A stretch of 64,000 bases of DNA from Pelomyxa schiedti (taxonomy: Eukaryota; Protista; Evosea), in NCBI GenBank assembly GCA_020536535.1, contig JAHLWZ010000476.1, positions 1 to 64,000 on the forward strand. Direction: 5' to 3'. The notes under the pieces are model-generated. The model had not been told where the DNA came from. It ran no database searches and saw only the letters and a program-made list of their open reading frames with translations. Below are positions 23,713 through 35,584 of this stretch, piece by piece. The position numbers and the translations under genes are program-made. Positions within the stretch are counted from its first letter, which is position 1; each line of letters opens with the position of its first letter.

Positions 23713-26700
23713 ATGCACCAAGCCCAACACACCCAAAATTCCAACGCCCCCACCTTCACAGTCTCCACACCCAGACAGCACCAACACCAACAGCGGTCCC
23801 CTCGGCTCTCCCCCATCCCATCGTCATCATCACCAGCCCCACCCCCAAAGTCCGATGTGTCCTCTCCCCGCCTCCTCAGCCAAACCAAGCAGCTGCAACA
23901 GCAGCAGCAACCGCAACCGCAGCCCAGCGGCCCCCCGCCGCCCCTCCCCTCCGCTCCGGATTCTTCTTCGCATCCCGGGCCCCTGACCACGGGGCCCCCG
24001 CGGGACGCGCCGTCGCCGCCCTCGCCGCCTCCGCCGCCCCCGGCGCCGCACGCCACCGAGTACCACATCGTCGAGACCCTGAGCCGCGGCGCCCACACGG
24101 TCGTCCACCGCGCCCTCACCTCCGCGGGCAGCTCCGTCATCCTCAAGTGCGTCGCCTCCTCCCCCTTCGTCATCGCCCTCGACCGCGGCGACACCCTCCT
24201 GGCGGCCTCGGGCTCCGCCGCCGCGGCCGCCGCCTCCGCCTCGGCCCTCAACCCCGACGCGGCCCGCGACGCCGACCGCCTGCGCCGCGAGTTCCACATC
24301 GGGTCGAAGCTGGGGGCCAGCGAGTGGGTCATAAAATACCTGGAGCTGGCCCGCGACCCCTTCGACCCGGCGCTTCCCATGATTGTAATGGAGGACGTCC
24401 CGGGCTCCGTGTGCCTGGACGTCCTCCTGGCCTTGATGATAACCGTGAACTCGTCGGAATCTAGCTCCAATGTGTCTGTTACGCCCACCAATGGCAGCCC
24501 GGTGATGCATCCGCAGGGGGATTCTGCCGGGCCCGGGTCCATGTCTAGCTCTTCCCTCAACTCTCTGGCTCAGTCTCCTTCTGTCTCGCCGTACATGAAC
24601 GCTTCTTCTACCGGAACCACGCTCGCATTCAATCCGGCATTGGTGGGGGCCAAACTGCCAAAAAAATTCACTGCAAGAGGAGGTAAAATTGACATTGAGA
24701 CGTTCCTTGAACTAGCTATTGAGCTTGCTCGAGGGCTCGCCTCTATTCATAATGCAGGAGTCTGCCACAGAGATATCAAGCCATCAAATATTCTGGTGGT
24801 TGTCAACAGGCAGCCTAATTTAAATTGGAGGAAAAGGTCAAATGATACTGTGGCCACTGAAAGTACACAGCCACAGCAACAAGGAAAAGTGATTCGTTAT
24901 CTGGATTTTGATTTAGCTACAAGTGCAAAAGAGGAGATACGGCAGGTAGACAATCTTGTCAGGTTAGCAGGAACTCTGCACTACATGTCACCAGAGCAAA
25001 CTGGGCGAATGGATAGGAAAACCGATTACAGAACTGATTTCTACTCACTTGGTGTGGTCTTCTATCAGTTACTGACTGGTATCCTGCCTTTTGCGGAGAC
25101 CGGAATGAGTGAACTTGTTTATTGCCACATTGCAGTCACGCCCCATTCTCCATGTGAAGTTGACATATCCGTTCCTGCAGTGCTCTCTGCAATAGTAATG
25201 AAAATGATGGAAAAAGATGCTGACAAGCGTTATCAGAGTGCTGAAGGCATTGAAGAAGACTTACTAAATTGTCAGGCAATGCTTCAGGCAAAACAACCCT
25301 TCACTGAGGTATTTCATTCAACTCAGCGAACTCTGTCTAACCATTCATATAGTTCCCTCTAGGACAGAAAGACCTATCTAATAAGTTCAGTATTCCTCAA
25401 AAGTTATACGGACGGGATCAAGAAACTGCTCTCCTTGTTGACGCATTCGAAAAAACCCTACTCGGGCAGCCTAGTCTTGTACTAGTTTCTGGATTTTCCG
25501 GAATTGGTAAAACAGCTCTTGTCAACGAGTTACAGAGGCCCGTTTTTAACAAGAAAGGATATTTCCTGACTGGAAAGTGTGACTACTTCCATAAAGCGCT
25601 TCTTTATGGAGCCTTCAAACAAGCGTTTCACAGCTTAGTTAAACACATACTTGCTACCAGTGAAGAAGAAGTTAATTCCTGGAAGATTAAAATACAGTCA
25701 GCACTTGGAGCAAATGCACAAGTTTTAGTGGACCTTCTTCCCGAGATTGAAATGATCATTGGAAAGCAAAAGCCACTTGCAGATGTCGATCCGGTTCTTG
25801 CTCAGAATCGGTTCAATCAAGCTGTTTCTAGTTTTGTCGGCGTTATAGCATCCGCTGATCGTCCTGCCGTTCTTTTCTTGGATAATTTACAGGTTAGTTT
25901 CGGGTCTTATTGACCTCTTTGTTTGACCTCGATGCAGTGGATGGATTCTGGAAGTCTTGGCCTTCTTAAAGCAATCCTCAATGGACAAAACCACATGCTC
26001 ATCATTGGCTCATATAGGTCGAATGAAATAGACCAAGAGCCCTTCCTTAAACAAACACTGGAGGAGATTGAAAAGGGTGGCATTACAGTGAACAAAATTT
26101 TTCTACAACCCTTAGATTTGGAAGCTGTGAATCTTCTTGTTTCTGACACCCTGCATTGTGCAGAACAGCATTCCCTTCCTCTTTCGAACTTTATTTTCAC
26201 CAAAACAGAGGGCAACTCTTATTGTGTGAGACTTTTCCTCGAATTTCTGTACAACAACAAGTTGCTGAAGTTAACAGCGGACAGTTCTAGAAGGCGCACT
26301 TGGACCTGGGATATAAAACAAATACAAGCAAAAGGAGTCCCTGCTGGGATGGCTGAGCTTATGACACAACGAATACACACATTACCTGCCCCAGTTTTGA
26401 GAGTTTTGACTTTTGCCAGCTGCTTTGGAAGTCAAATCCCAATCAGAGAGTTGGCTTTGGTATTAGGTATCTCCGAAAGCACTCTCTTGAGTGACTTGGA
26501 GCCTGCTTTTGTTGAGAGTGTACTTACTCAGGTTGGGAGTGACCAGATGCAGTTCCCTCATGATAAAGTCCAAGAAAGAGTTTATGACTGTATTCCACCG
26601 GAAGACAAAGCTAATCATCACTTAAGAATTGCCAGAACTCTCTTACAAAAGTTACCACCATCCGAAGTTGAGCACAGGCTCTTTGAAATTCTAAAGCACT

Positions 26701-29700
26701 TCACAATTGGAGTGAATAGGATTGAAGATGATGCAGAGCGCAGTTCCTTAGCTAAGTTATTTTTACAAGCAACAGTGCAAGCAAAAAAAATGGCTGCTTT
26801 TAAATCTGCCCTCACCTTCCTTGAGACTGGTTGCAAGTGCCTTACCAAAAACCATTGGAGCACACAGTATCAACTTTCATACCAACTTTTTTCCGAATTT
26901 GTGGAAGTATCCTATCTCAACTCTGACTTCCCGGCATGCATCCAGTATGCTGACGTCCTTATTGCAAATTCTGCAACAGTCCTAGATAAAGCTGCGGTTT
27001 ATATTCCTTTGACCATTCAATATACCATTCAAGCCCAGTACGAAAAAGCAGTTAATAGTACTGCTGCAGGCCTCAAACTTCTTGGGGCTGGGGTTGAGCT
27101 ACCTGATGACATAAATATTGATTCGGAAACAAAGATTGAGCTGCAAAAGGCAACTGAATGGATGAAAACACATGAACTTTCCTCCATTTACACCCAAGCA
27201 GAGTGTACAGATCAAACAATGAAACTCGTTCTCAAATTGTTGGCAACAGTTCTTCCCACATGTTTTTTTGGCAAGCCGGAAATGCATTCCTACTGTGTTA
27301 CAAAAGCATTCAACCTAACTGTCATACATGGTCCCACGCCAGACTATGTAACACGTCTGGGATCATTTGGTATCATTCTTGGAGGGATGCTTGGTGAATA
27401 CAAAAAAGCTGATGAGTGTGGTGAACTTGGTATGCGTTTCAGCAAAAAATATGATGACAAGATTGGATTTTGTAAAGCTGGAGTAATCTCCTGCATGTTC
27501 CACCGGCACTGGGTTGCACCACTCAGTGAAGAGCTTCAGCTTGCAGATTTAATTCTCAAGTCCTGTATGGAGTTGGGGGAGTTGGAGTATTGTAACTATG
27601 CCATTGGGATTATTATACATACAAACTTTGTTATTGGAACAAGTCTTGCTGAGCTTATCAAGAACTCGATGACCCTTATTAAGTTTTGCACTGAGAAAAA
27701 CCAACCGAGTGGAATTTTTTCTATCTTCTGTGTTCTCTTGGCTATTCTCAGGTTATGCAATAATAATCTCAATAAAAGCATTCTTGGCAACATGAACGAA
27801 GAGAGGTTCCTTCGGGAGTGCCCCACAAAAACCAGTATATGCACATATCAAATATTAAAGGGGCAAACCCTTTATATGTTCGGTGAGTACTCAAAAGCAG
27901 AGCACTGTCTGCAAAGTGTTGAGGAAATGGCACCATCGATAATTCCCGCGTGGCATGCGTTGGCGGTGCTAAACGAATTTCAGTCCCTTTCCCTGCTGGA
28001 GTTGTATGCCATCAGTACCCCTGAGGAAAAGCAGCAATACCTCAAAAAGGTGAAAGAAAACCAAAAGAAAATGGCTGTATGGGCCAATCATTGCCCACAA
28101 AATTTCCAACACAAATTAATGCTTGTGAATGCATGCCTCCAGGGTGTGCTCATGGAAAAACCCTTTGGTGAGATTCTATCTCTTTATGATGATGCAGTCC
28201 AATGTGCGAAGAGTAGTGGCATTATTCCAGAAGAAGCCCTTGCAAATGAACTGTGTGCCAAATTTTCGATTTCCCATAAGCATGTCCCAATGGGAAGATA
28301 TTATCTTGAAGAAGCTGCAAGGTTGTACAATTCCTGGGGAGCTTCTTCGAAGCGAATGCAACTGTTAGAGAAGTATTCTTCTATTATGCGGAATCTTCCC
28401 AGGCACACTACAACGGAGAACAGATCCACTGAAATTGTTGTAGGACAAGAATCGGAGAGCATTGAAGTAGATATTCAAGCTATTATAAATGCCTCCCAGG
28501 CCATTGCCCAGGAGTTGGATCTCCCACAATTACTACGCAAAATCATGCAAATTGTAATGACTAATGCTGGTGCAATGAAAGCTGCATTTCTCCTTCAGTC
28601 TGCTGAAGGTGTTCTAAAGGTCAATTCAGAATGTAAAGCAGACAAAGATATAGAAGTTATGAAAGAGATCCCCTTAAATGAATGGCCAGATGGGTCAGCA
28701 AGTATTGTCCGATATGTGAGTCGTACAAAGAAGTGTCTTGTGTTGCCAAATGCCTCTGAAGATAAGCGCTTCAACCAGGACCAGTATGTAACAAAGCAAA
28801 CTGTGAAGTCCGTACTATGCTTGCCCATTACTAACCAGTCAGAGCTAATTGGTGTTCTTTATTTGGAGAATAGTCTGACTGTCAATGCCTTCCCCAAGTC
28901 CCGAATCGAAATTCTTCAAATATTTGCGTCCCAGATAGGAATTTGCTTTAAGAACTTGGAATTACTTCGGATCCGAGGAAGACAGGAATTATTCAATCGA
29001 ACATTCCCTGCAGTTGTAGTGAAGGAAATGGAGGAGAGAGGATTGCTCTCCGACCCTAATCAGTATACAAATTATGTCCCTCGAGCAACTGTCATGTTTG
29101 CCGGTAAATTACTGAGTGATCGTCAATAAAATCCTAACGCAACTTGAAGATATTGTCGGATTTACAAGCAAGTGTAATAAACTTGGGGAATCTGACACTC
29201 CTCTCAGAGTTCTGAACAGCCTATTTTCTGGATTTGACAGACTGACAAGAGAGGCCTCTGTGGAAAAAATTAAAACAGTAAACCTCTTAAACTATCTATC
29301 CATTATGTTTTAACCTGTTTATTTCCTCCTCTTATCAGGTTGGAGACGCTTACATGGTTGCCAGCGGAGTTCCACAACCCAGAACTGACCACCTTCAAGC
29401 GGTTATTCTTTTGGCACTCCAAATGAATGACTACTGCCACAACATATCTTTTGCTGGAGAACCACTGCAGATGCGCTTTGGGCTAGCCACCGGCCCAATT
29501 CACTGTGGCATAATTGGGTTGGATAAGTTGCAATTTGACCTGATTGGACCCACAGTGAACCTGGCATCTCGGCTCGAGAGCAGTGGACGCCCACTCTGCA
29601 TACAATTGCCAGACGCTCTGAGGGTTGAACTGGAATTGGACCAAGAATTCATGAGAGCCCTCAAGGCACGAGGGGCCGCGTTTGTGGGAAGGACGGGAGC

Positions 29701-30835
29701 TGTTGTCCTCAAGGGATTTGAACCCATTTCCACTTGCTTCATTGGCTGCGCAGACAGCATCATTGAAATCACCCCCCAAGAGTCCCAAGTTCCCCAAACC
29801 TCACCATCTCCCGATGCATGCCAACAGCTTCAACCCATATCCAACAAGCCACAGCCACCACCACCACAACAGCAACAGCAACAACAACATCAACGCATCA
29901 TCATCAGTCGCACTGAACCAGCCCCGACACCGACACCGCCAACACAACCGGACAAGTACTCGACCCTTCCCACAATTCAGCCACAGCAAGGCGTCACCCA
30001 AATAACCGTTTCGCCGTCTCAGCCTCAGCACCAGTCTTGCGTACCACAGCCCCTGTCCGCGGCCACGATCACGACCGCCATAATCCCCCCCACTCCCGCT
30101 CCTTCGCCCGCGGACCTGCCGCCCCTGGTCCTGCAGCTGCAGCACTTTGCCACGCCCATCAGGCTCTCGAGCCACTCCAAGACAGCCTCGCAGCCGGAGC
30201 TCTGGGACTCGCCCTCGCCCCCGCTGGGGGCTCTGCTCCACCCCCACGACCACCGGGGCGGCGGCTCGAGGCTCTCGGCCCCTCACTCCTCGTCCCAGAC
30301 CCGGCAGCACCAGCCACAGTCCCATTATCAGCACCAGCACCAGAACCACTTCTCGTCATCGTCCCCGCACAAGCCGCCAAAGACACTTTCCCCAGCAACA
30401 ATCACCACTACAAACACCAATGCCACCAGCAGCAGCAACAACAATAACACCAAGGGCAAAGAAATCGACACCTCGTTCATCACCATTGTCCCACTCAAGC
30501 CGATTTCCACCGCCTCACCGCCAACAGTAATGGCATCCCACACATCCACAACAGCAAGAGTAGGCCACAATCTCAATCGCAACCGGCGGCACCATTACTA
30601 CCACTCACCCTCGCCGCCTCCTCCTGCTCCCTTGCCAGCAGCAACAAAGCTGGGCGACTGGAAGACGGGAATCACGCACGAGATGGGCGAGGTCAATTTC
30701 TTCCAGTCACACTCAAACAAGAAAAGCACAACACTGCACACACACACGAATGTGATATCACCAGGAAGCACGGCTCCTTCAAAATCAACAGTGACAAGAC
30801 TGCCTCCAATCACGCCTCCTCCATGGAGGTGGTAG
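23713..30835 (+). CDS. Ser/Thr kinase + STAND AAA ATPase + helical repeats + GAF + class III adenylyl cyclase (~2300 aa, about 5 exons)
   Basis: HRDIKPSN, GTLHYMSPEQTGRMDR..DYRTDFYSLG; FSIPQKLYGR; Walker A SGFSGIGKT; LFLDNLQW; GAF KSVLCLPI..GVLYLEN; cyclase FADIVGFT, EKIKTVGDAYM, QFDLIGPTVNLASRLES. Confidence 0.92.
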
Positions 30836-30973
30836 GTAGTGTGGGGTTAGGACTCCATTCATTGTGTATTCATCCCTTTTGTTTTTGTATGTAAAAAGTG
30901 ACTTTATAAAAGCAACCTTTTTATTTTGTATTTGAGAGGAAGTAAAGCAAAAACAGAAACCACAATATGTTCA

Positions 30974-32955
30974 TCACGTGAACAGGTGTGGTGGCATTGG
31001 GGCCAATGTTGATGATATTGCTGGGGTAAATCCCATTTGCTCTATCAAGCTTTCAACGGTTATGCCTGGGGCAATTTCACACAGTTCCAGGCCCGTCTCA
31101 CACAGGCGGAACACACATCTCTCTGTAATATCTTAGGGAATGTTAGTAGCGTCAAAAGGGTAATGGGTGGTTTACAAAGAACAAGACGTCGCGGGTGTAG
31201 CCTGAAGGAAGTGGGACCACTGAAGCTAACTTGTTCTACTTGGTTCATAAATTTCCTCACTTTACCCTCCGTCAAAATTGCTGCAGAAATTAAGATAAGA
31301 TAGATGGCACAAGAGGGCTTTACTTAAAACATCATTTCCTGTCCCAACAGTGAGCCCAATGGCTGTGAAAGAACCCATAAACACTAGCTTTTTTGTTGAT
31401 GCTGTAATGTCAATGAACGCTCCTGTTCCAACGAGGGTCGAGCTGAACTTAGAAACATTCACATTCCCAAATCGATCTGCCTATTAAAGAGATGAGTTCT
31501 TTTAACGTTGTAGTTTAGATACCTGCGCCATTCCGAGAAAGGCGATGTCGAGGCCACCGCCGTGTATCAAATCAAATTGCTGGGCTGGATCTACAGCAGA
31601 AGAGCCATTGATACTTGCACCAAAGTCCTTCCCCATCTGTGGAATTCCGCCATACACCCCAAGAGCTGTCTGTGTGAAGGCATGGAATAGTACTTGTAGG
31701 CAGTACCATTGGTGACAATAAAATTCCTGACTTTATCCTCAAGAGCCACCAACCACAGGGACTCCGGCATTCCAACGCCAAAGGTGACCTGCAACAGTTG
31801 TTAGACAAAGATCTCAGCTAGTTGGGTCTTACAAGAGAGTTGGGGAACAATTCCTGTGCTGCCCTCCGCCCTATGATTTTTTTAACCCCCATTTGCAGAG
31901 GTACAGGTGGTTCTAGGGGTGCCACTAGTTCCCCACTAAACAATGGAGAATAAGTCGTCCCAAATGTCTGCCAGTGGTGCTCTGGGGGAGCCACAACAAC
32001 AAAGTCGACGAGATTCCCTTTATTAGTTCTGTAAGGTGCTATAAAAAGGAGGAAAGTCAAACCGGGGATCCGCACAAGAGCTCTAGGAATAGTTTTTGAA
32101 GCAGCAATCCTCTCAACTTGTACAATAACAATGCCACCATGACACTTTACTGCAATTGCAGCAGTCAGGGCTTCCCCAAGAAATATCTGACGTTGGGAAA
32201 AGTTATACGAGGAATAAACGTAGCACTGTATTACTTCGTGTTCCACACTGATGTTACCCTCCAAATCGGATGTAGTCCCTCGTAGAATAGCCACATTCAA
32301 CCGGGGACAATCGTAGGATAGGAATTCTTCACCGCGGTGTGTTACCTGAGTAAATTTGAGGGCTTACCATTTCCAGGAGGAAATACCAAATTGACCATGT
32401 CCTTTGTAGTTATAGAATTCAATTTTCCACCATTCAAGCGGGGATCCACGAACGTCCCTAAGCCAACTCTAGAGAGTGTGTACGGTAGACCAGCTGAAGC
32501 ATTCCGCAACATATGCAACATCACACCCAATGGAAGATTAAACGCGCTCACTTTGTTGGATGCAACCAGCTTCTGTATCTTAGGAATGTTCGCCCAGTGT
32601 GCCCCGATGCAACAATCGACGAGACCCTCGTGGGCCAAGTGGTTAACGCCTCGGTCTTTTCCATCACCCTTGGGGGACGAGTTGAGAGGCCGGAAACTGA
32701 AGGCGAGGGGAGTATACAGGCCCACCGAACCACATCAGAGTCAGCCTCCGCGGCAAGCCGCTCTCCAGGAAGATGCGTTCCAGGTTCAGCATAAGGTATT
32801 CAGCATGCCCAGCGCCGGCATATCCCCCTGGGAAACAACAACTGGTTAGGCCACCGGCGTGGAGATCTTGCCTCGGCCCCATAACCTATTACGACTGTGT
32901 CGCCATCTCTAATGTGCTGCAGGGCCTCCACCGCTCCCGTGACTTTTCCTTCCAT
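30974..32955 (-). CDS. YdiF/propionate CoA-transferase-like protein (family I, fused alpha-beta); multi-exon
   Basis: IRDGDT, GDGKDRGVNHLAHEGL, VGLGTFVDPRLNGG, RGTTSDLEGNI, KIIGRRAA, FGVGMPE, GGGLDIAFLGMA, GNVNVSKF, GAFIDIT, KFMNQVEQVSFSG, ITERCVF. Confidence 0.92.
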
Positions 32956-33063
32956 TTGTTTTAAATCGAAAGTGGTGACATCGTGTGTTGTCAGGCATCA
33001 CGGACCTTTCAAAGAAAAATGCCACACGAGAGTGATAAGCCGGAGGCAGTTGTGTAATTTTAT

Positions 33064-34985
33064 TCAGTGATCTGTGGAGGGGGGTGCGGATGGGGTCAGA
33101 TCTTGTGCGGAAGGTGGGAGATCTGTGGGTTGCTGTGCTTGGTTCTGTGGAATGGCAATGGTACTATCAGAGGCGGTGGCGGGAGGCAGTGTGCTGTCTG
33201 CCGATGTGGTCTTTGGGGCGGAGATATCGTCGAAGTCGATGTCGGCAATGGCTTCTTCATCCTCCGGGCTGATGGCGAAACTATTCCCCAGATCTGCAGG
33301 TTGGTGCCGCGGCGGTTGCGTGATGGGAGCCTGAGAGTTCTGCGGCGGCTGGCGCTGCTGCGCGCGAGGAGCCGACAAGTTGCCTTTGTTTTTCCAGTAC
33401 TGGAGGCTGTACTCTGTGTATTGGTTGGGGTGGTTGAATGCCAGCTCAGTCAGGTCGGCTGACGGGTGCTTGGCCTCAAAGTATTTCCTGCATGCAATCT
33501 GGAAGTGGTATCCTTCGGCATACCGAAGTATCTCAAACGCAACTGATTCAGGGAAGTCACTGCCCTTATTGGTCGTTACGTTTTGTTTCTCTTTAAGTTC
33601 TCACCTGTAACAGGGCCTCCAGGTCAGATCTTGGCACTTGGTGTGAATTAAACGGGCACCCGTGGTACTCATTTGCACTGATTTGTACCTAAAGATCAAA
33701 TGCTTGAGTCGTAATTTATCTGTGTGCTTACAGACCATCATTGAAATTACTTTTGCACAACCATAAGGTGTGTAGTCTTTCTGGGCACCCACTTTACCGT
33801 AGCTGTGACGAACGTTGTACAGATATTCCTTTGCCCACTTATCTTCAGTCATTTTGTGCAGCAATTCTGATCTCCAAAAGTTGATGCTCTGTTCCACAGT
33901 TAAACCAAGCCCTTAATACAGTGAACAAAACAAGGTAGTGCTAATCTGAAAGGAACCTTTCAGGAATAGTCCATATTGGTGGCGCCCCCAGTGCTTTAGG
34001 TGGTGCTCTTCCCGAAGGTGATGATGAAGTCGTTGCATACAGGGCGGGAATGATCGTGCACAATGTAAATCGAGGTCTGTTTTTGTTCATGTTGGATGTA
34101 TCATAAAGTATGATCTCTTTAAGGAGTACCTTCAATTTCGATCCTTCCTGCAGTTTGACGTGGAATAGCTGAATGAGAGGAGACAGCTTGCTTATTGGCC
34201 AGTGATACCAAAAGTGGAACCAGATAAGGAACCTTGGCCACTACTTGAGGATATGCCCTCTGTGCGCGAGCCAAAGCTTCAGTTAAGTGAACCCTGAACT
34301 TTCCAATGATAACAGTAGGCAGGCGGTCAGCCGTGACATAGGCATATCCATTTTTCAAGAATGCACCACGATCAGCAACGATGTCTATTGCTTCCTCAAA
34401 TGGAACAACATACACAGACGTCCTAGATGCACCCGCAGCATTTCCTGCTGTTGTTGCCTTCTCAATATCCCTGGTAGCACTAAATGCCACTGCTTGCATT
34501 GCACCAGCTATACCAGCAGACGTTTCCGCGAACTCCTCAGTGGATGGATTTCTGTATGACATTTTGTTCGCCACAAGGAACGACGAAAGGTCTTCTGCCG
34601 AGAGTCGCTCCAGTCTGTACTTGAGGAGTGTGCGCTCGTGATTGATGAACCATGCACGATTCTCTGGAGTTGCAGAGAGTGCTAAACGCAGTGCAAAGTG
34701 GGAGTGAAGGTCCCTTTTTAACGTTAACGACGTGGGAAAAAGGAAATAAACGTACTTTCGCAAGTCAGCAATTGTTATTAAGGGCATGTATCGTTGGATT
34801 GCCTGTGAGACTCGCTCCTCTGCTGTTGCTCGCCCTATCTCTCCACGACAAACATTAATGTTGTCTACAATTGCGAACAACGCGATTCTGTCCTGCGCCC
34901 ACTTGGTATAAACATCAGTTGATACCTCCTCGCACGGGGCTTGGCGATAGAACGGTGCTTTATCGGTGGACACCCGGGACGTCAT
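33064..34985 (-). CDS. PRIM2: DNA primase large subunit (Fe-S); multi-exon
   Basis: [66 protein letters not shown]. Confidence 0.93.
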
Positions 34986-35052
34986 GAAGAAATTGTTTTA
35001 AAAGAAGTTGAAATTTGGTTTATTGACAAGGGTGGGTTGGTCTGCCAGATCT

Positions 35053-35416
35053 TTACATTCTGTGAGCCACCAGCCTCTGCATTGGAGCCCTCTGCGACAA
35101 CCTTAAGATGGTCTTCACTTGTCTCCTCTGTGAGGCCTGCCTGATGGAGCTTCTAATTTGTCTCTGCTGTGTCAAGCGCAGGGTGGTGCCCCTCGCACTC
35201 TGCCACCTGTTGCGAGCTGCCCGAAGGGTGGCGCCCCTCGCACTCTGCCACCTGAATTTCATCTCCCTAAGAGGTGCGTGGATCTGTCGATTCACTAACG
35301 AGGTCATCCTGGCATCGACCTCCTGCAGGGAGTTACAAGACAATAAAAAGGCGTAAACATACCAAAGCAATGAGGCAAAGAAGGACGACAAGGAACAGAA
35401 TATATATTGGCGGCAT
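35053..35416 (-). CDS. Predicted secreted, highly cationic Arg-rich peptide (107 aa; exons 35416-35363 and 35322-35053)
   Basis: ATG, signal-like MPPIYILFLVVLLCLIAL, 40-nt GTATGT..CTGCAG intron, in-frame EVDA|RMTSL...HRM*. Confidence 0.7.
35180..35254. repeat. 30-bp direct repeat x2 (1 mismatch, 15-bp spacer) encoding RWQSARGxTL twice
   Basis: agggtgg(t/c)gcccctcgcactctgccacctg at 35180-35209 and 35225-35254. Confidence 0.9.
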
Positions 35417-35584
35417 AGCCGTCGGTATTTGCTGGTTGTTACGGTTGGTTGCGGTTGTTGATTATGCTTTGTTGGTTTATCTTCTTGTTTTTTATTTGGT
35501 TCGAATATCATCGGAATAGTATATAAGTACTCTTTGTGCAACTGCAGTCTGCACAAAACGCCCACCCAGGAAGGTGCCAAAAAA

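Noticed and set aside
23628-24560. Long antisense and alternative-frame ORFs in GC-rich regions (also 41583-42380, 45597-46256, 12528-13344)
   Set aside because: Stop codons are scarce at high GC; they overlap well-supported genes and show no motifs
35180-35254. 30-bp repeat pair as a possible mini-CRISPR
   Set aside because: Only two units, a 15-bp spacer, no cas genes, and an in-frame coding duplication in a eukaryote
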